Origin: a virus
Virus record (IMG/VR): IMGVR_UViG_3300023440_000001
Coordinates: 64,001-128,000 of that record
Strand: one strand, 5' to 3'
Length of the DNA: 64,000 nt
Position 1 is the first letter of the stretch; the number at the start of each line of letters is the position of its first letter. The notes beneath the pieces were generated by a model. It made no database searches and had not been told where the DNA came from. It worked only from the letters and a program-made list of their open reading frames with translations. Both the position numbers and the translations under genes were made by a program. Below are positions 1-8,817 of the stretch, piece by piece.

Positions 1-214
1 ACGGATAAACCGCTCCCGGTAACGCAGCTGGATTGGGACTTTCGTCGCAATCGGGAGCGGAAACGACATATCAATAAGTATCGGCTTTGTGACCGTTGAG
101 CCATTCTCAGCTGAGATAAATCAACGCTGTCAGCTGCCTGTCCATTGTCGCCCTGGGTTCTGCCCAGGGTCTCGATAGGCAGGTACACCAACCCAAAACA
201 CAGGAGGTATCTAT

Positions 215-424
215 ATGAAATACTACAAAGTGAAGTACCCGTCCGGATCTGTGGTCGAGTACAACGAAGATGAGTTCTTCTACTGGCTGGGTTGTGGGCA
301 GCTGCACGGCTGCCGACTGTTAGAAGTCAGAGACGAAACCAAAACACAGGAGGCAAATCATGGATTACAGCAAGATTCGCGGCGGCCACGGTCGTCCCAG
401 CATGGTTCATACGCCCAAACCTAA
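215..424 (+). CDS. Hypothetical early protein
   Basis: Leader repeat/GGAGG before ATG; overlaps the next ORF by 65 nt. Confidence 0.6.
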   Translation: MKYYKVKYPSGSVVEYNEDEFFYWLGCGQLHGCRLLEVRDETKTQEANHGLQQDSRRPRSSQHGSYAQT

Positions 425-557
425 ACGTCGCCCCAAATATCGTGATGAGTACGACTTCACTCCACTGAGTGAGATGCGCGACTGTCCGGAGTGTGGCGAA
501 CCCGATAGCATGGATCACGAGCACTGCCGGCTCTGCGGCTGGCCGTATAAGAAGTAG
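360..557 (+). CDS. Small basic protein with C-terminal Zn ribbon
   Basis: Leader repeat; CPECG...CRLCG. Confidence 0.75.
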   Translation: MDYSKIRGGHGRPSMVHTPKPKRRPKYRDEYDFTPLSEMRDCPECGEPDSMDHEHCRLCGWPYKK

Positions 558-607
558 ACAGTTTGGGAAGCATCAGGGAGATACACGAATCATATACTCT
601 CCTTCGA

Positions 608-679
608 GAATCCCCCTGCAATAAGGAACGCAGTCCCATATGGGAAAGGATAGGGGTTCGAATCCCCGGGGGATTCCCA
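608..679 (+). ncRNA. tRNA-like RNA without anticodon loop
   Basis: GAATCCCCC/GGGGGATTC terminal stem, TGC-AATAAGGAAC-GCA D-like arm, TCCC-ATAT-GGGA mini-hairpin, GGGG-TTCGAAT-CCCC T arm, ends in CCA; intergenic. Confidence 0.55.
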
Positions 680-726
680 TGTCCTAATTAATCGTAAGTC
701 CAACCCAAAACACAGGAGGTATCACT

Positions 727-1221
727 ATGGCAAGTACAACTCGTATTCCCCAGCATTTCTATATTGCTGGGCTGTCCAATGGTTTCATCAATGTCGTCCA
801 TGGCCGAAACGGTCTGCAATGGAAAGCGGTTACGGCTGATCGCAAGACCGCCCGGCAGCTGAGACAGGACATCATGGACGGCAAGTTTAATCCCAAACAC
901 GTCCGGATCAAGAAGCCCGATCGCACGCTGTCCGGCGGTCGCGTGAAGAAGTGGCTGGCGCTGTATTACAAAGGCAAGAACGCCCTGTGGTTAAACGGCT
1001 CCAACGGTCGCTTCGACATGAGCTTCGCCGATCGTCTCATCGGTCAGCTGACCCAGAAGCTGGCAACTGTCAAGACCATTGACGAGCTGACCACGCTCTG
1101 GAAACGCATGACCGGTATTTACGGCAAGCCGGATAAGAACGGTTACATGCCGGCCTTCACACCGGAGTTCAACAAGCAGATCATCGCCATGTTCAAGGCC
1201 CGCAAAGCACAACTCAAGTAA
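727..1221 (+). CDS. Hypothetical early protein
   Basis: Leader repeat, 164 aa, strongly biased codons. Confidence 0.85.
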   Translation: MASTTRIPQHFYIAGLSNGFINVVHGRNGLQWKAVTADRKTARQLRQDIMDGKFNPKHVRIKKPDRTLSGGRVKKWLALYYKGKNALWLNGSNGRFDMSFADRLIGQLTQKLATVKTIDELTTLWKRMTGIYGKPDKNGYMPAFTPEFNKQIIAMFKARKAQLK

Positions 1222-1253
1222 ACATCCAACCCAAAACGCAGGAGGTAAGTATC

Positions 1254-1466
1254 GTGGCCAACGTCAAAGCAATCATGCTGCGTGCCCGTCAGGCCGCCAA
1301 ACGCTCTGTTCAAAGGTCCCGGACCGTCTACTCAACGGATCCGGAAGTCAAACTGGAACTGCAGGAGCGACGCAAGAAGCACGAACGCCGCAAACAGAGT
1401 GAGATCCGCAAGCTGTATCTGACAGAAACATCCCGTGGGCGTAGCTGGCACGACTTTCTGGTGTAG
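1254..1466 (+). CDS. Small basic hypothetical protein
   Basis: Leader repeat before GTG. Confidence 0.8.
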   Translation: MANVKAIMLRARQAAKRSVQRSRTVYSTDPEVKLELQERRKKHERRKQSEIRKLYLTETSRGRSWHDFLV

Positions 1467-1528
1467 ACTGCCAGTCTACGCATTCCCGTTTCATTCACTC
1501 CCCAGGAGGTAGATGAAATGTTTAAACT
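1461..1528 (+). promoter_or_regulatory. Palindrome-box-(-10) element, copy 1
   Basis: GTAGACTG-C-CAGTCTAC, N13, ATTCACTCCCC at 1493, TAAACT at 1523. Confidence 0.7.
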
Positions 1529-1646
1529 GGTTCTGTATTTGATGTTCGCCCTGTACCCCTTTATGGTATGGGGCCTATATAAACTCATCCGGGCGTTTGA
1601 CCGCGTCCGGCAAACCAAAACCCAAAACGTGGAGGTAAAGTCATGA
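1518..1646 (+). CDS. Small membrane protein (42 aa, MFKLVLYLMFALYPFMVWGLYKLIRAF...)
   Basis: AGGAGGT SD, hydrophobic N-terminus, ATGA overlap with the next gene; below the ORF-track cutoff. Confidence 0.65.
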   Translation: MFKLVLYLMFALYPFMVWGLYKLIRAFDRVRQTKTQNVEVKS

Positions 1647-1939
1647 AACATCTGAAACGTGCAAAGGGCAGTGCCCGTCGTGCTATCAAACATCATAAAG
1701 GCTACATCTATCATCTGCTGCGCAAAGCCACTGATGTAAGTCGATTCGACGTCCACTTCTCCAACGAACCGCGGGATCTGATGAGAGTCGTCAAACGTAT
1801 CTGGCCGCTGATTAAAGATGACCCCCGCATCAGCTGCTACGCCAAAAGCCCGGAATCCTTCCGTAACTACGAGATTGCCCGGGCCGCTCGATTCGCAATC
1901 AAAGACGGTGCCATTAAGGCACTGCATCAACACCTATAA
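1643..1939 (+). CDS. Basic hypothetical protein
   Basis: Leader repeat variant before ATG. Confidence 0.8.
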   Translation: MKHLKRAKGSARRAIKHHKGYIYHLLRKATDVSRFDVHFSNEPRDLMRVVKRIWPLIKDDPRISCYAKSPESFRNYEIARAARFAIKDGAIKALHQHL

Positions 1940-1964
1940 ACCCAAAACACAGGAGGTAAGTATC

Positions 1965-2396
1965 GTGAAAAAGCATGATCACAACAAACAAGGTGGTATT
2001 AATCTCAGCCCTGAAGAACTGCAAATCATACAGGGCATGGTGTTATTAAGCAGCGGTATCAAAGCCAAGGCCAAGAAAAGCAAGCTGTTCGGCCTGTTCA
2101 AGAAAGAGTCCAAATCGGTCAGCACCAAAGAGATGCTGGATCGTATCCAGGATGCTCAGGTGCGCGCAAAGGCCAACGAACTTGTCAACGCCATGAAAGC
2201 TGCCGAATGGGGTGTAAAGATCCACGGTCAGCTGTCCAAGTCCATAGCCAAGATGGGTGCCTTCGCCAAAGCCGTTGCTACCGGTAAACCGCCCAAACAG
2301 GTTGCTGAATACTATGAGAAACTCCAGGCACTCGCTCAAGAACTCAATCAACAGGAAGCGCTCGGAAACGAGCAGCATCCACACATTGACCAATAA
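1965..2396 (+). CDS. Hypothetical early protein (GTG start)
   Basis: Leader repeat at 1939-1964 defines the start. Confidence 0.8.
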   Translation: MKKHDHNKQGGINLSPEELQIIQGMVLLSSGIKAKAKKSKLFGLFKKESKSVSTKEMLDRIQDAQVRAKANELVNAMKAAEWGVKIHGQLSKSIAKMGAFAKAVATGKPPKQVAEYYEKLQALAQELNQQEALGNEQHPHIDQ

Positions 2397-2411
2397 AGAA
2401 AGGAGTTATCT

Positions 2412-2477
2412 GTGGGCGTAACAGAACTCATCGTCATGACCGCTGCATGTGCGGTCGTAATGATCATCATCATGTAA
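2412..2477 (+). CDS. 21-aa hydrophobic micropeptide (MGVTELIVMTAACAVVMIIIM)
   Basis: AAGGAG SD; paralog at 4542. Confidence 0.7.
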   Translation: MGVTELIVMTAACAVVMIIIM

Positions 2478-2535
2478 GCTAACGGGGGTCGCCGTATGGC
2501 CCCCATTTATTAACACATAACAAGTGAGGTACGCT

Positions 2536-2961
2536 ATGGCAAGCTTTAATCAAGTCATCTTAGTGGGTCGGCTTGGCACCGATGCCGAAATCCGTGAAGT
2601 CGGCAAGTCCACCGTGGCCAAAGTCCGTCTGGCGACTAACTATCGCTACAAAGACAAAGACGGCAACTGGACCGATGGCACCGACTGGCACACTGTTAAT
2701 ATCTGGAATCCCAGTGAAGCCCTTCAGAAATACCTGAAGAAAGGGGCCCAGATCATGGTCACCGGCGAGTTGCGCGAACGCAGCTACGACGACAAAGACG
2801 GTAATCGCCGCTACGTGACCGAAGTGTCAGTCACCGCCCGGAATGTCGTCCTGTTGGGAAGCGGAAACGGCAAAGGCAAAACCGATATCGCCGAACCCGA
2901 TGAAGTGGAAGAACCCGTCGATTCGTCCGTCGAAGACGATGATGACGGCGTTCCGTTTTAA
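2536..2961 (+). CDS. ssb: Single-stranded DNA-binding protein (OB fold)
   Basis: NQVILVGRLGTD, TDWHTV, L.KGAQIMVTGEL, acidic tail ending DDGVPF. Confidence 0.97.
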   Translation: MASFNQVILVGRLGTDAEIREVGKSTVAKVRLATNYRYKDKDGNWTDGTDWHTVNIWNPSEALQKYLKKGAQIMVTGELRERSYDDKDGNRRYVTEVSVTARNVVLLGSGNGKGKTDIAEPDEVEEPVDSSVEDDDDGVPF

Positions 2962-3033
2962 GCAGCTGTGAACCCGACCCCCGCGAGGCGCGAAGCGCCG
3001 AGCGGATGGTCATATAATGGTAAGGGTAGTATA

Positions 3034-3264
3034 ATGAAAGAAGCTTTAAGTCTCACATCACATCAGGTGGAGCGTATCACCGAAATACTGAAGGAATATG
3101 GTAAACTGGGAGTCAATCTCGCCAGTGAAGTCGCATGCCATCAAGTAACAGAAGCAATCCTGGAAGTTCTCCCCCCAAACCCCCGCGAAGCGGGGGGTAG
3201 TGGCAGTGACATAACTGATTATGAAACAACCAATAACGGAGGTATTACATGGCAACGAAACTGA
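3034..3264 (+). CDS. Hypothetical protein
   Basis: ORF fills the gap after ssb; weak SD. Confidence 0.5.
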   Translation: MKEALSLTSHQVERITEILKEYGKLGVNLASEVACHQVTEAILEVLPPNPREAGGSGSDITDYETTNNGGITWQRN

Positions 3265-3854
3265 AAGTGAGAATCACCCGACCCATCAATGAACTATCTC
3301 CCAGAGTCCAGGCATGGATTGCCAAGTATAACATCAAGTTTGACCGCTACGGCTATGCCGACGCTCCACGGTCAAATGAAAACGATCTCTACGGAGAGTC
3401 AAACAACTACCATGTGCCACTGGACCCACAGGTCTGGGTATATCAAACACTGGACAACAAGTACTATTTCACCACCGGAAAGGCTCCTATCCACGAACGT
3501 CGCCGCATGGTCACTCACCCGCTGATTGTTGTCGTTAAAGACGGAAATGATGTCTACATTGGCAGACGTGAGGTCATTCGTGGACAGGAAGTAGCAACAT
3601 TGCACGAAGAAGTGCTGTATTCTGGGCCAGTTGAGTGCCTACCACCCCACCTAACCTTCTATGAAGCTCTCCATACTCAAGTCGTTCTGGAAGAGCTTCG
3701 CATGAAAGAAGATCCCGATTACTTTGCCAGAGTGTTGAAGAAAAGGCATTTCAGACGTAGACGATTAACTGGTAGGGGCAATAGTAATGGAAGACGTAAA
3801 CGCTTCAGTAGAAAGAGAAAGCCTTGGTTAATTAGGAAGGGGAAAAGTCAATGA
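3249..3854 (+). CDS. Hypothetical protein with Arg-rich tail
   Basis: GGAGG SD, 201 aa. Confidence 0.8.
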   Translation: MATKLKVRITRPINELSPRVQAWIAKYNIKFDRYGYADAPRSNENDLYGESNNYHVPLDPQVWVYQTLDNKYYFTTGKAPIHERRRMVTHPLIVVVKDGNDVYIGRREVIRGQEVATLHEEVLYSGPVECLPPHLTFYEALHTQVVLEELRMKEDPDYFARVLKKRHFRRRRLTGRGNSNGRRKRFSRKRKPWLIRKGKSQ

Positions 3855-4483
3855 GCGCATTCGAACTAATCAAAGCATTTGAAGAGATTCATCGTCATCT
3901 GGAAGAAGCGTTCGGTCCGCTACCCGGTAAGAAGCTTACGGTAGAAGAAGAGTTTGATCGATTTGCAGATGAGATGATGAATAAGGGTAACCGGCACGTC
4001 AAGTCGGCTGCCAGCCCGGACATTGCTGAATTGGCCAACGAAGTAAATCGCCTGTATGTAGAGAATGGTCAGCTCAAGTCGGAATTGAATGAGCTGAAAG
4101 ACGCCTACGAGCAAATGCGTAGTGCAGCGCATCGCAGAGGTAAGCAGCTATCATCTTTGGAAGAGAGTATTCAGAGTGAGCTTCGTTCTGTGATGGATGA
4201 GAACGTTCGTCTTCAGAAGACTGTGGATGAGCTACGTGATAATAACAGTGATCTGGTTCAGGCGATTAATCAGGTGACCAAGGAACGTGATGAGTTGAGG
4301 CTTCAGTTGAAGAAGATGCACGAGTTCTTCCAGGACTTTAACTCTATTGACTGGAATGAGTTCGTGCAGGTTGTTGAAGCGTACAGGAATTCGTTTGATG
4401 AGATCAAGGACTTCTTTGAGTATATAGAAGAGCTTGCTCGTGCTCTGGATAGCAAGAAGGATAATGGTGGTTTTGATGGTTGA
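3851..4483 (+). CDS. Coiled-coil protein
   Basis: Long heptad-like helical region; ATGA overlap. Confidence 0.8.
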   Translation: MSAFELIKAFEEIHRHLEEAFGPLPGKKLTVEEEFDRFADEMMNKGNRHVKSAASPDIAELANEVNRLYVENGQLKSELNELKDAYEQMRSAAHRRGKQLSSLEESIQSELRSVMDENVRLQKTVDELRDNNSDLVQAINQVTKERDELRLQLKKMHEFFQDFNSIDWNEFVQVVEAYRNSFDEIKDFFEYIEELARALDSKKDNGGFDG

Positions 4484-4541
4484 AATGATTCCCCCGCGCC
4501 CCGAAGGGGCGCGCCCTTAACCCCAATGCAATGGAGGAATC

Positions 4542-4607
4542 ATGGGAATAGGTGAGATGGTTGCCATGACTGCTATGTGTGCGCTGGTGATGATTATCAT
4601 CATGTAG
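4542..4607 (+). CDS. 21-aa hydrophobic micropeptide (MGIGEMVAMTAMCALVMIIIM)
   Basis: GGAGG SD; paralog of 2412. Confidence 0.7.
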   Translation: MGIGEMVAMTAMCALVMIIIM

Positions 4608-4696
4608 CACTGTAGTAGTCTATGACCGTGAGACTTGAGCATTGGTGATATGCTCGAGTCTCTCTTTATCAGATGCAATAAAAGGGGTAATGTGCT

Positions 4697-5212
4697 ATGT
4701 CTATTGGTAAGAAGAGTGAGTATATCTATCTCACTAATCATCAGTACTGGTTGGTGGAACAACGGTCATTTGTATTTCCTGATTGGATTCAGAGTATTCA
4801 GATTGGTGATCCTACGCCGAACCAGCTGAAGTATTCAATCGCCCGGGATACGGTTTATAACTTCCGTATTCTATCGTATGATAACTTTGTGTATCTATGT
4901 CGGTATGTACGATCCGATGAGGTCAAGCCAATTGAGATGTCGGACTGGTGGAAGAATACGCTTGCCAAGATGAATAAGTATGGGTATCAGACTCCGTTGG
5001 ATCCGCCCGATGTGATTGTAAAGCTGGTTCTGTCTATTATTGGTGCCGGCCACTTTAAAACGCAGCCGGTGTTCTATAAGATTGAGAATGGTATTATCCC
5101 ACCAGATCCACGGGTGCTGTTGAATATTAAGAAGACAGCTGAAGAAGAAGACGCCGCCCCGGCGGAAGATTATCTGGTTACTGCTTATAAAGACATCTTT
5201 GGAGGTATTTGA
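4697..5212 (+). CDS. Hypothetical protein
   Basis: 171-aa ORF with SD. Confidence 0.75.
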   Translation: MSIGKKSEYIYLTNHQYWLVEQRSFVFPDWIQSIQIGDPTPNQLKYSIARDTVYNFRILSYDNFVYLCRYVRSDEVKPIEMSDWWKNTLAKMNKYGYQTPLDPPDVIVKLVLSIIGAGHFKTQPVFYKIENGIIPPDPRVLLNIKKTAEEEDAAPAEDYLVTAYKDIFGGI

Positions 5213-5443
5213 ATGCAGACGTTTCAGTGTAAGAATCCGGCCTGTATATATAACACATTTACGTTCTCGTTGAACGTTCTTCACGGTGATCTAAATGAAG
5301 TAACCTGCCCAAACTGTGGATCACTTGCCATATTACTTGGCTCAGGTGAATTAACTCCCATGAAAGGAGATGACTATGCAGCTGATATTAACCGGTCTGT
5401 TGACGGGCCTGTTAACGTTCCTGGCATTCGTAATGCTGATTGA
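5213..5443 (+). CDS. Small Zn-ribbon protein
   Basis: CKNPAC...CPNCG; GGAGG SD. Confidence 0.7.
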   Translation: MQTFQCKNPACIYNTFTFSLNVLHGDLNEVTCPNCGSLAILLGSGELTPMKGDDYAADINRSVDGPVNVPGIRNAD

Positions 5444-5690
5444 GAAGATGCCGCCCATTATGAGAGAGTTTCTCTATGGTCACTACCTGCTAACGGATGT
5501 TGGGTTTACCGTGTTGAGTTTCTTGCTGTTACCGGTAGTCGGTACCAGCACGCTTATCGCAACAGCGTTCTTCTGTATACTGTTCTCGTTGTATTTAGCT
5601 GTTATGCGATCTGTAAGACCCTGGAGAAAGGTCACTCTGGGCGGTAAGAGATTCATTTATATACAGAAAGGAGCTCCACATGCTTCGTAG
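5376..5690 (+). CDS. Membrane protein
   Basis: About three hydrophobic segments; AAGGAG SD. Confidence 0.75.
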   Translation: MQLILTGLLTGLLTFLAFVMLIEKMPPIMREFLYGHYLLTDVGFTVLSFLLLPVVGTSTLIATAFFCILFSLYLAVMRSVRPWRKVTLGGKRFIYIQKGAPHAS

Positions 5691-5943
5691 TCGTATTGCA
5701 TTTAGGACACTTTATCTGATTAGTATCATCCTTGTTAATGTAGTGATATGGTTTCTGGCACTATCTGCTATAGTCAACAGGTACGTCCCGGGTTTCATGA
5801 TCACACCAGTTCTACGGTTCGAGAACCGGTTATCTGATAAGATGGTCGATCTGGCATACAAATCACTTAATGCTCTACGTGTTATAAACGCAGAGATGGA
5901 GCGTCAGATAATCATTAAAGAATCACAGATTGGAGGTGTTTGA
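5680..5943 (+). CDS. Membrane protein
   Basis: N-terminal TM segment; SD. Confidence 0.7.
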   Translation: MLRSRIAFRTLYLISIILVNVVIWFLALSAIVNRYVPGFMITPVLRFENRLSDKMVDLAYKSLNALRVINAEMERQIIIKESQIGGV

Positions 5944-5944
5944 T

Positions 5945-6133
5945 ATGGTTATTCTTATTTGGGCTTTGATGGGGTTCTTAACTGCTCTGGTAGCAGATCA
6001 AAAGAAGCGCAATGTGCCCTTATGGGCTGCCATGGGTTTCCTGTTTGGTATCTTCGCATTGTTGGTTGTGTTGGCTCTACCATCAGCTGAAGATAAACAG
6101 GTGCCGCCATCTTCTAATACGTTAGTCCAGTAG
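5945..6133 (+). CDS. Small two-TM membrane protein
   Basis: A..K.R....W...GFLFG.F.L...LP pattern; GGAGG SD. Confidence 0.75.
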   Translation: MVILIWALMGFLTALVADQKKRNVPLWAAMGFLFGIFALLVVLALPSAEDKQVPPSSNTLVQ

Positions 6134-6200
6134 TGTAGACTGTCAGTCTACACTATCTGGATCCATTCACTCCCCAATAACTGTCTAAAGTTGCTAATAT
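6131..6200 (+). promoter_or_regulatory. Palindrome-box-(-10) element, copy 2
   Basis: TAGTGTAGACTG-T-CAGTCTACACTA, N13 from CTAC, ATTCACTCCCC at 6165, TGcTAATAT at 6192-6200. Confidence 0.8.
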
Positions 6201-6224
6201 CCAAAACACAGGAGGTAACTGGGC

Positions 6225-6497
6225 ATGATTCAAAGTTGGCCATGTCCCTTACTGAACGGCCAATGGATACCGGCCGGTCAATGTGAAGCGTTAACATGCT
6301 CTTTTAAGTGTGAGGTTCGTGATTTAATGAAACCGTTATACGGCAAAGAAGATGTGGATGTCGATATGGCAGATCTTCAGGATGCCTTGATCCATACGAA
6401 GTGTCGAATTGAGTTTGAGTCTAATCTTGCCAGGGGTAATGTCCCGGTTGTTTATACTGAAATAGATCCTGCAAAAAAGACAGACTACAACTATTGA
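6225..6497 (+). CDS. Cys-containing hypothetical protein
   Basis: Leader repeat SD. Confidence 0.7.
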   Translation: MIQSWPCPLLNGQWIPAGQCEALTCSFKCEVRDLMKPLYGKEDVDVDMADLQDALIHTKCRIEFESNLARGNVPVVYTEIDPAKKTDYNY

Positions 6498-6529
6498 TGT
6501 GAAAATCATAATAGAAGGAGTTCAGACAA

Positions 6530-7117
6530 ATGATGAAAACGAGTAATGAGCTTTATCAATGGGAGGTGACTTGCTCTGATTGCGGCAAGTCCCAGACCAG
6601 AACGGTACAGCGTCAGTTGATTCGCTTGAAAGATGATCGATTTACAGTCATGCGAAGTCTGATACAGGAGAAATGTGCGCATTGTGGTCGCCAGATTGAC
6701 TTCGAAAAGAGAATGAATCACATCTACGAAGGTTTCGATATGGAGCTGACCGATGATATAGCAGCTATCAGTGCTGTGTTAATCAGTCAGCTAGAAGAAA
6801 GTGGTTTGGTGGTTCAGGTTGAACCCGTTCAGGCTATGAATATCTTGATACCGACTATAATTGAATGGTTGATTGATGCTACGATGGTAAGTACGAATGC
6901 GATCATTGACGCTGTTCATAGAGCTTCAAATCTGAAGCAGGCTGGTCTGAGCATCTTCATTCCGTCTTTTCAAATGGTATTTAATGTGGATCAGCTGAAT
7001 GAAAAGCAGATGAAACTGCTTATCGATGCATTGGTCGAAGCCCTTGATGTGTATTTCGGTAAACCACTGGCTGATGTTTATGCCGTTAACCGAGAATATC
7101 GGAGTGATGAAGCATGA
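6530..7117 (+). CDS. Hypothetical protein with N-terminal Zn finger
   Basis: CSDCG...CAHCG. Confidence 0.75.
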   Translation: MMKTSNELYQWEVTCSDCGKSQTRTVQRQLIRLKDDRFTVMRSLIQEKCAHCGRQIDFEKRMNHIYEGFDMELTDDIAAISAVLISQLEESGLVVQVEPVQAMNILIPTIIEWLIDATMVSTNAIIDAVHRASNLKQAGLSIFIPSFQMVFNVDQLNEKQMKLLIDALVEALDVYFGKPLADVYAVNREYRSDEA

Positions 7118-7503
7118 TTTCCCTTCCAGGTTATGATGCATGGAAAACCACCCCACCGGACAATCCGGATCCGGTGCCGGCAACGGAATGTTGCTTTCCG
7201 ACCATGTGTTACAACTGTGTGGTGCGTGGTGGTGACTATCGACCAAGTTGGTTCCAGGATGTTGACAGGGAAGATATCCAGGAGCTTGAAGAACTGGGCT
7301 TTGAAGACGCTATTGAATTGTGTGTCGGTTGCAGCGAATGTTCCTGCGATGATTACGAAGAGATTGGTACTGACGAGTATTCAGTTAGTCATTATCATTA
7401 CCATTTAACCAGTTATCGATGTCTGCGTTGCGGAAGGGAATGGACCGAAAGTGATGAACCTGACTGGGACTCCCTTCCGGGTGGAGCAGACTGGATTGAT
7501 TGA
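7114..7503 (+). CDS. Cys-rich acidic protein
   Basis: Multiple CxxC pairs; ATGA overlap. Confidence 0.7.
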   Translation: MISLPGYDAWKTTPPDNPDPVPATECCFPTMCYNCVVRGGDYRPSWFQDVDREDIQELEELGFEDAIELCVGCSECSCDDYEEIGTDEYSVSHYHYHLTSYRCLRCGREWTESDEPDWDSLPGGADWID

Positions 7504-7534
7504 TTGCTTTACTTGATGAAAGGAGACTATGTAG

Positions 7535-8803
7535 ATGGGTAAAGTAGAGAGTATTGCCAGCGAAGCTATTGAAACATATAGACAATTCAGACCAGATGAT
7601 GAGCGTTTTCTGACTGTATTACGTGGTACTAATTCGGATCCAGTTCAGAGCTTCAAAGACGAATGGTTGTATTATCGGAATCGGAAACGGAAACCAACCC
7701 GAAGACCCTTTGTGGTTGATATTCAACAATTACACTCCAAGCATATCATGTCAATGGCTGGCGGTATGTTACGTGTAAAACGCTCCAAACGATACAACTT
7801 CGTTGAGAAGACAGGTCTGTTTAAGGTTGAGTTGAGCAACAATGAATTGATTATTGTCTCCCAGTACAACTTTGGTGGCGGAAGAAGCATGGTGTTTGAA
7901 ACACTGATGGTTGCTCCGGAAGAAGTGCTGAGTGAATACTTCTATTGGGTTGAATTGAAGCGTCGTCGTCAGGTTCGATTGAAGAATGGTATCTTTAAAG
8001 TGACTGCTAATCCCTGGGGAGACCTTTTGTATGAGCGCCTAAAGGATCTGGCAACAGTTCCGACTGTTCATCCAGTTGTTGATGAACTCGATAAGGATAT
8101 CGACGCGTTCTTTGGTAACATCAAGAGTTTTACTCGCTATGGTCAGCCAGGTGTACGAAAGATAATGCTTGTTGGTCCGCCCGGAACCGGTAAGACAAGC
8201 ATGTGTATCCGGCTGGCACATAAGTGGTCAGACGATATGCCCGTTGTCTTTGCTACCGATATTGCTGCCGCTGCAAAACATATATACAAGGCGGCCCGGG
8301 AAAGTAAACGCAACATTCTGATCATGGAAGATGCGGACAGCTTTCTGTCAGCTGAAAACGTTAACTCGGCAGTGCTCAACTTTCTGGATGGTGTTGACCA
8401 ACCAGTAAATACGGCAGGTACTTATATTATTATGACCACCAATTATCCCCAAAAGATCGAGCCCCGTATTATTAAGCGACCAGGTCGTATCGATAAACCC
8501 TTTCAAGTTGGTGAGTTAACCGGTCAGTATGCGGTTAAATGTGCACGAATCTATCTGCCAGAAGATGTTGGCATAACTGATGCTGAGTTGGCCAGTATCT
8601 TTAATGGCCATACGGGTGCTGAAATCCGGGAGATCATTCGTTCTAGTATTAGTTATGCGGTAAGCAATAATAAAGAACTGGGACCGGATGTACTCCGACA
8701 TACTCGTAAGATTCTCAAAGAAGATCTAAAAGACATCTACGAGTATGCGCAGGGAGATCTCTTTTCCAGTAAACGTCTGGGATTTCACGCTGATGATGAT
8801 TGA
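7535..8803 (+). CDS. AAA+ ATPase (FtsH/BCS1-like core)
   Basis: Walker A GPPGTGKT, Walker B LIMED, LNFLDG, TTNYP, RPGRID. Confidence 0.9.
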   Translation: MGKVESIASEAIETYRQFRPDDERFLTVLRGTNSDPVQSFKDEWLYYRNRKRKPTRRPFVVDIQQLHSKHIMSMAGGMLRVKRSKRYNFVEKTGLFKVELSNNELIIVSQYNFGGGRSMVFETLMVAPEEVLSEYFYWVELKRRRQVRLKNGIFKVTANPWGDLLYERLKDLATVPTVHPVVDELDKDIDAFFGNIKSFTRYGQPGVRKIMLVGPPGTGKTSMCIRLAHKWSDDMPVVFATDIAAAAKHIYKAARESKRNILIMEDADSFLSAENVNSAVLNFLDGVDQPVNTAGTYIIMTTNYPQKIEPRIIKRPGRIDKPFQVGELTGQYAVKCARIYLPEDVGITDAELASIFNGHTGAEIREIIRSSISYAVSNNKELGPDVLRHTRKILKEDLKDIYEYAQGDLFSSKRLGFHADDD

Positions 8804-8817
8804 TAACGGGGTGTATC

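Larger units (their letters stand above)
188..1964 (+). repeat. Repeated gene leader (A)ACCCAAAACACAGGAGGT (extended Shine-Dalgarno); copies at ~188, 336, 700, 1226, 1619 and 1939, with a further copy at 6201
   Basis: Near-identical 17-24 nt motif 5-8 nt upstream of the starts at 215, 360, 727, 1254, 1643, 1965 and 6225. Confidence 0.9.

Noticed and set aside
188-1964. Leader repeats as a CRISPR array
   Set aside because: Spacing is irregular (150-520 nt), the intervals are SD-led ORFs, and there is no cas operon
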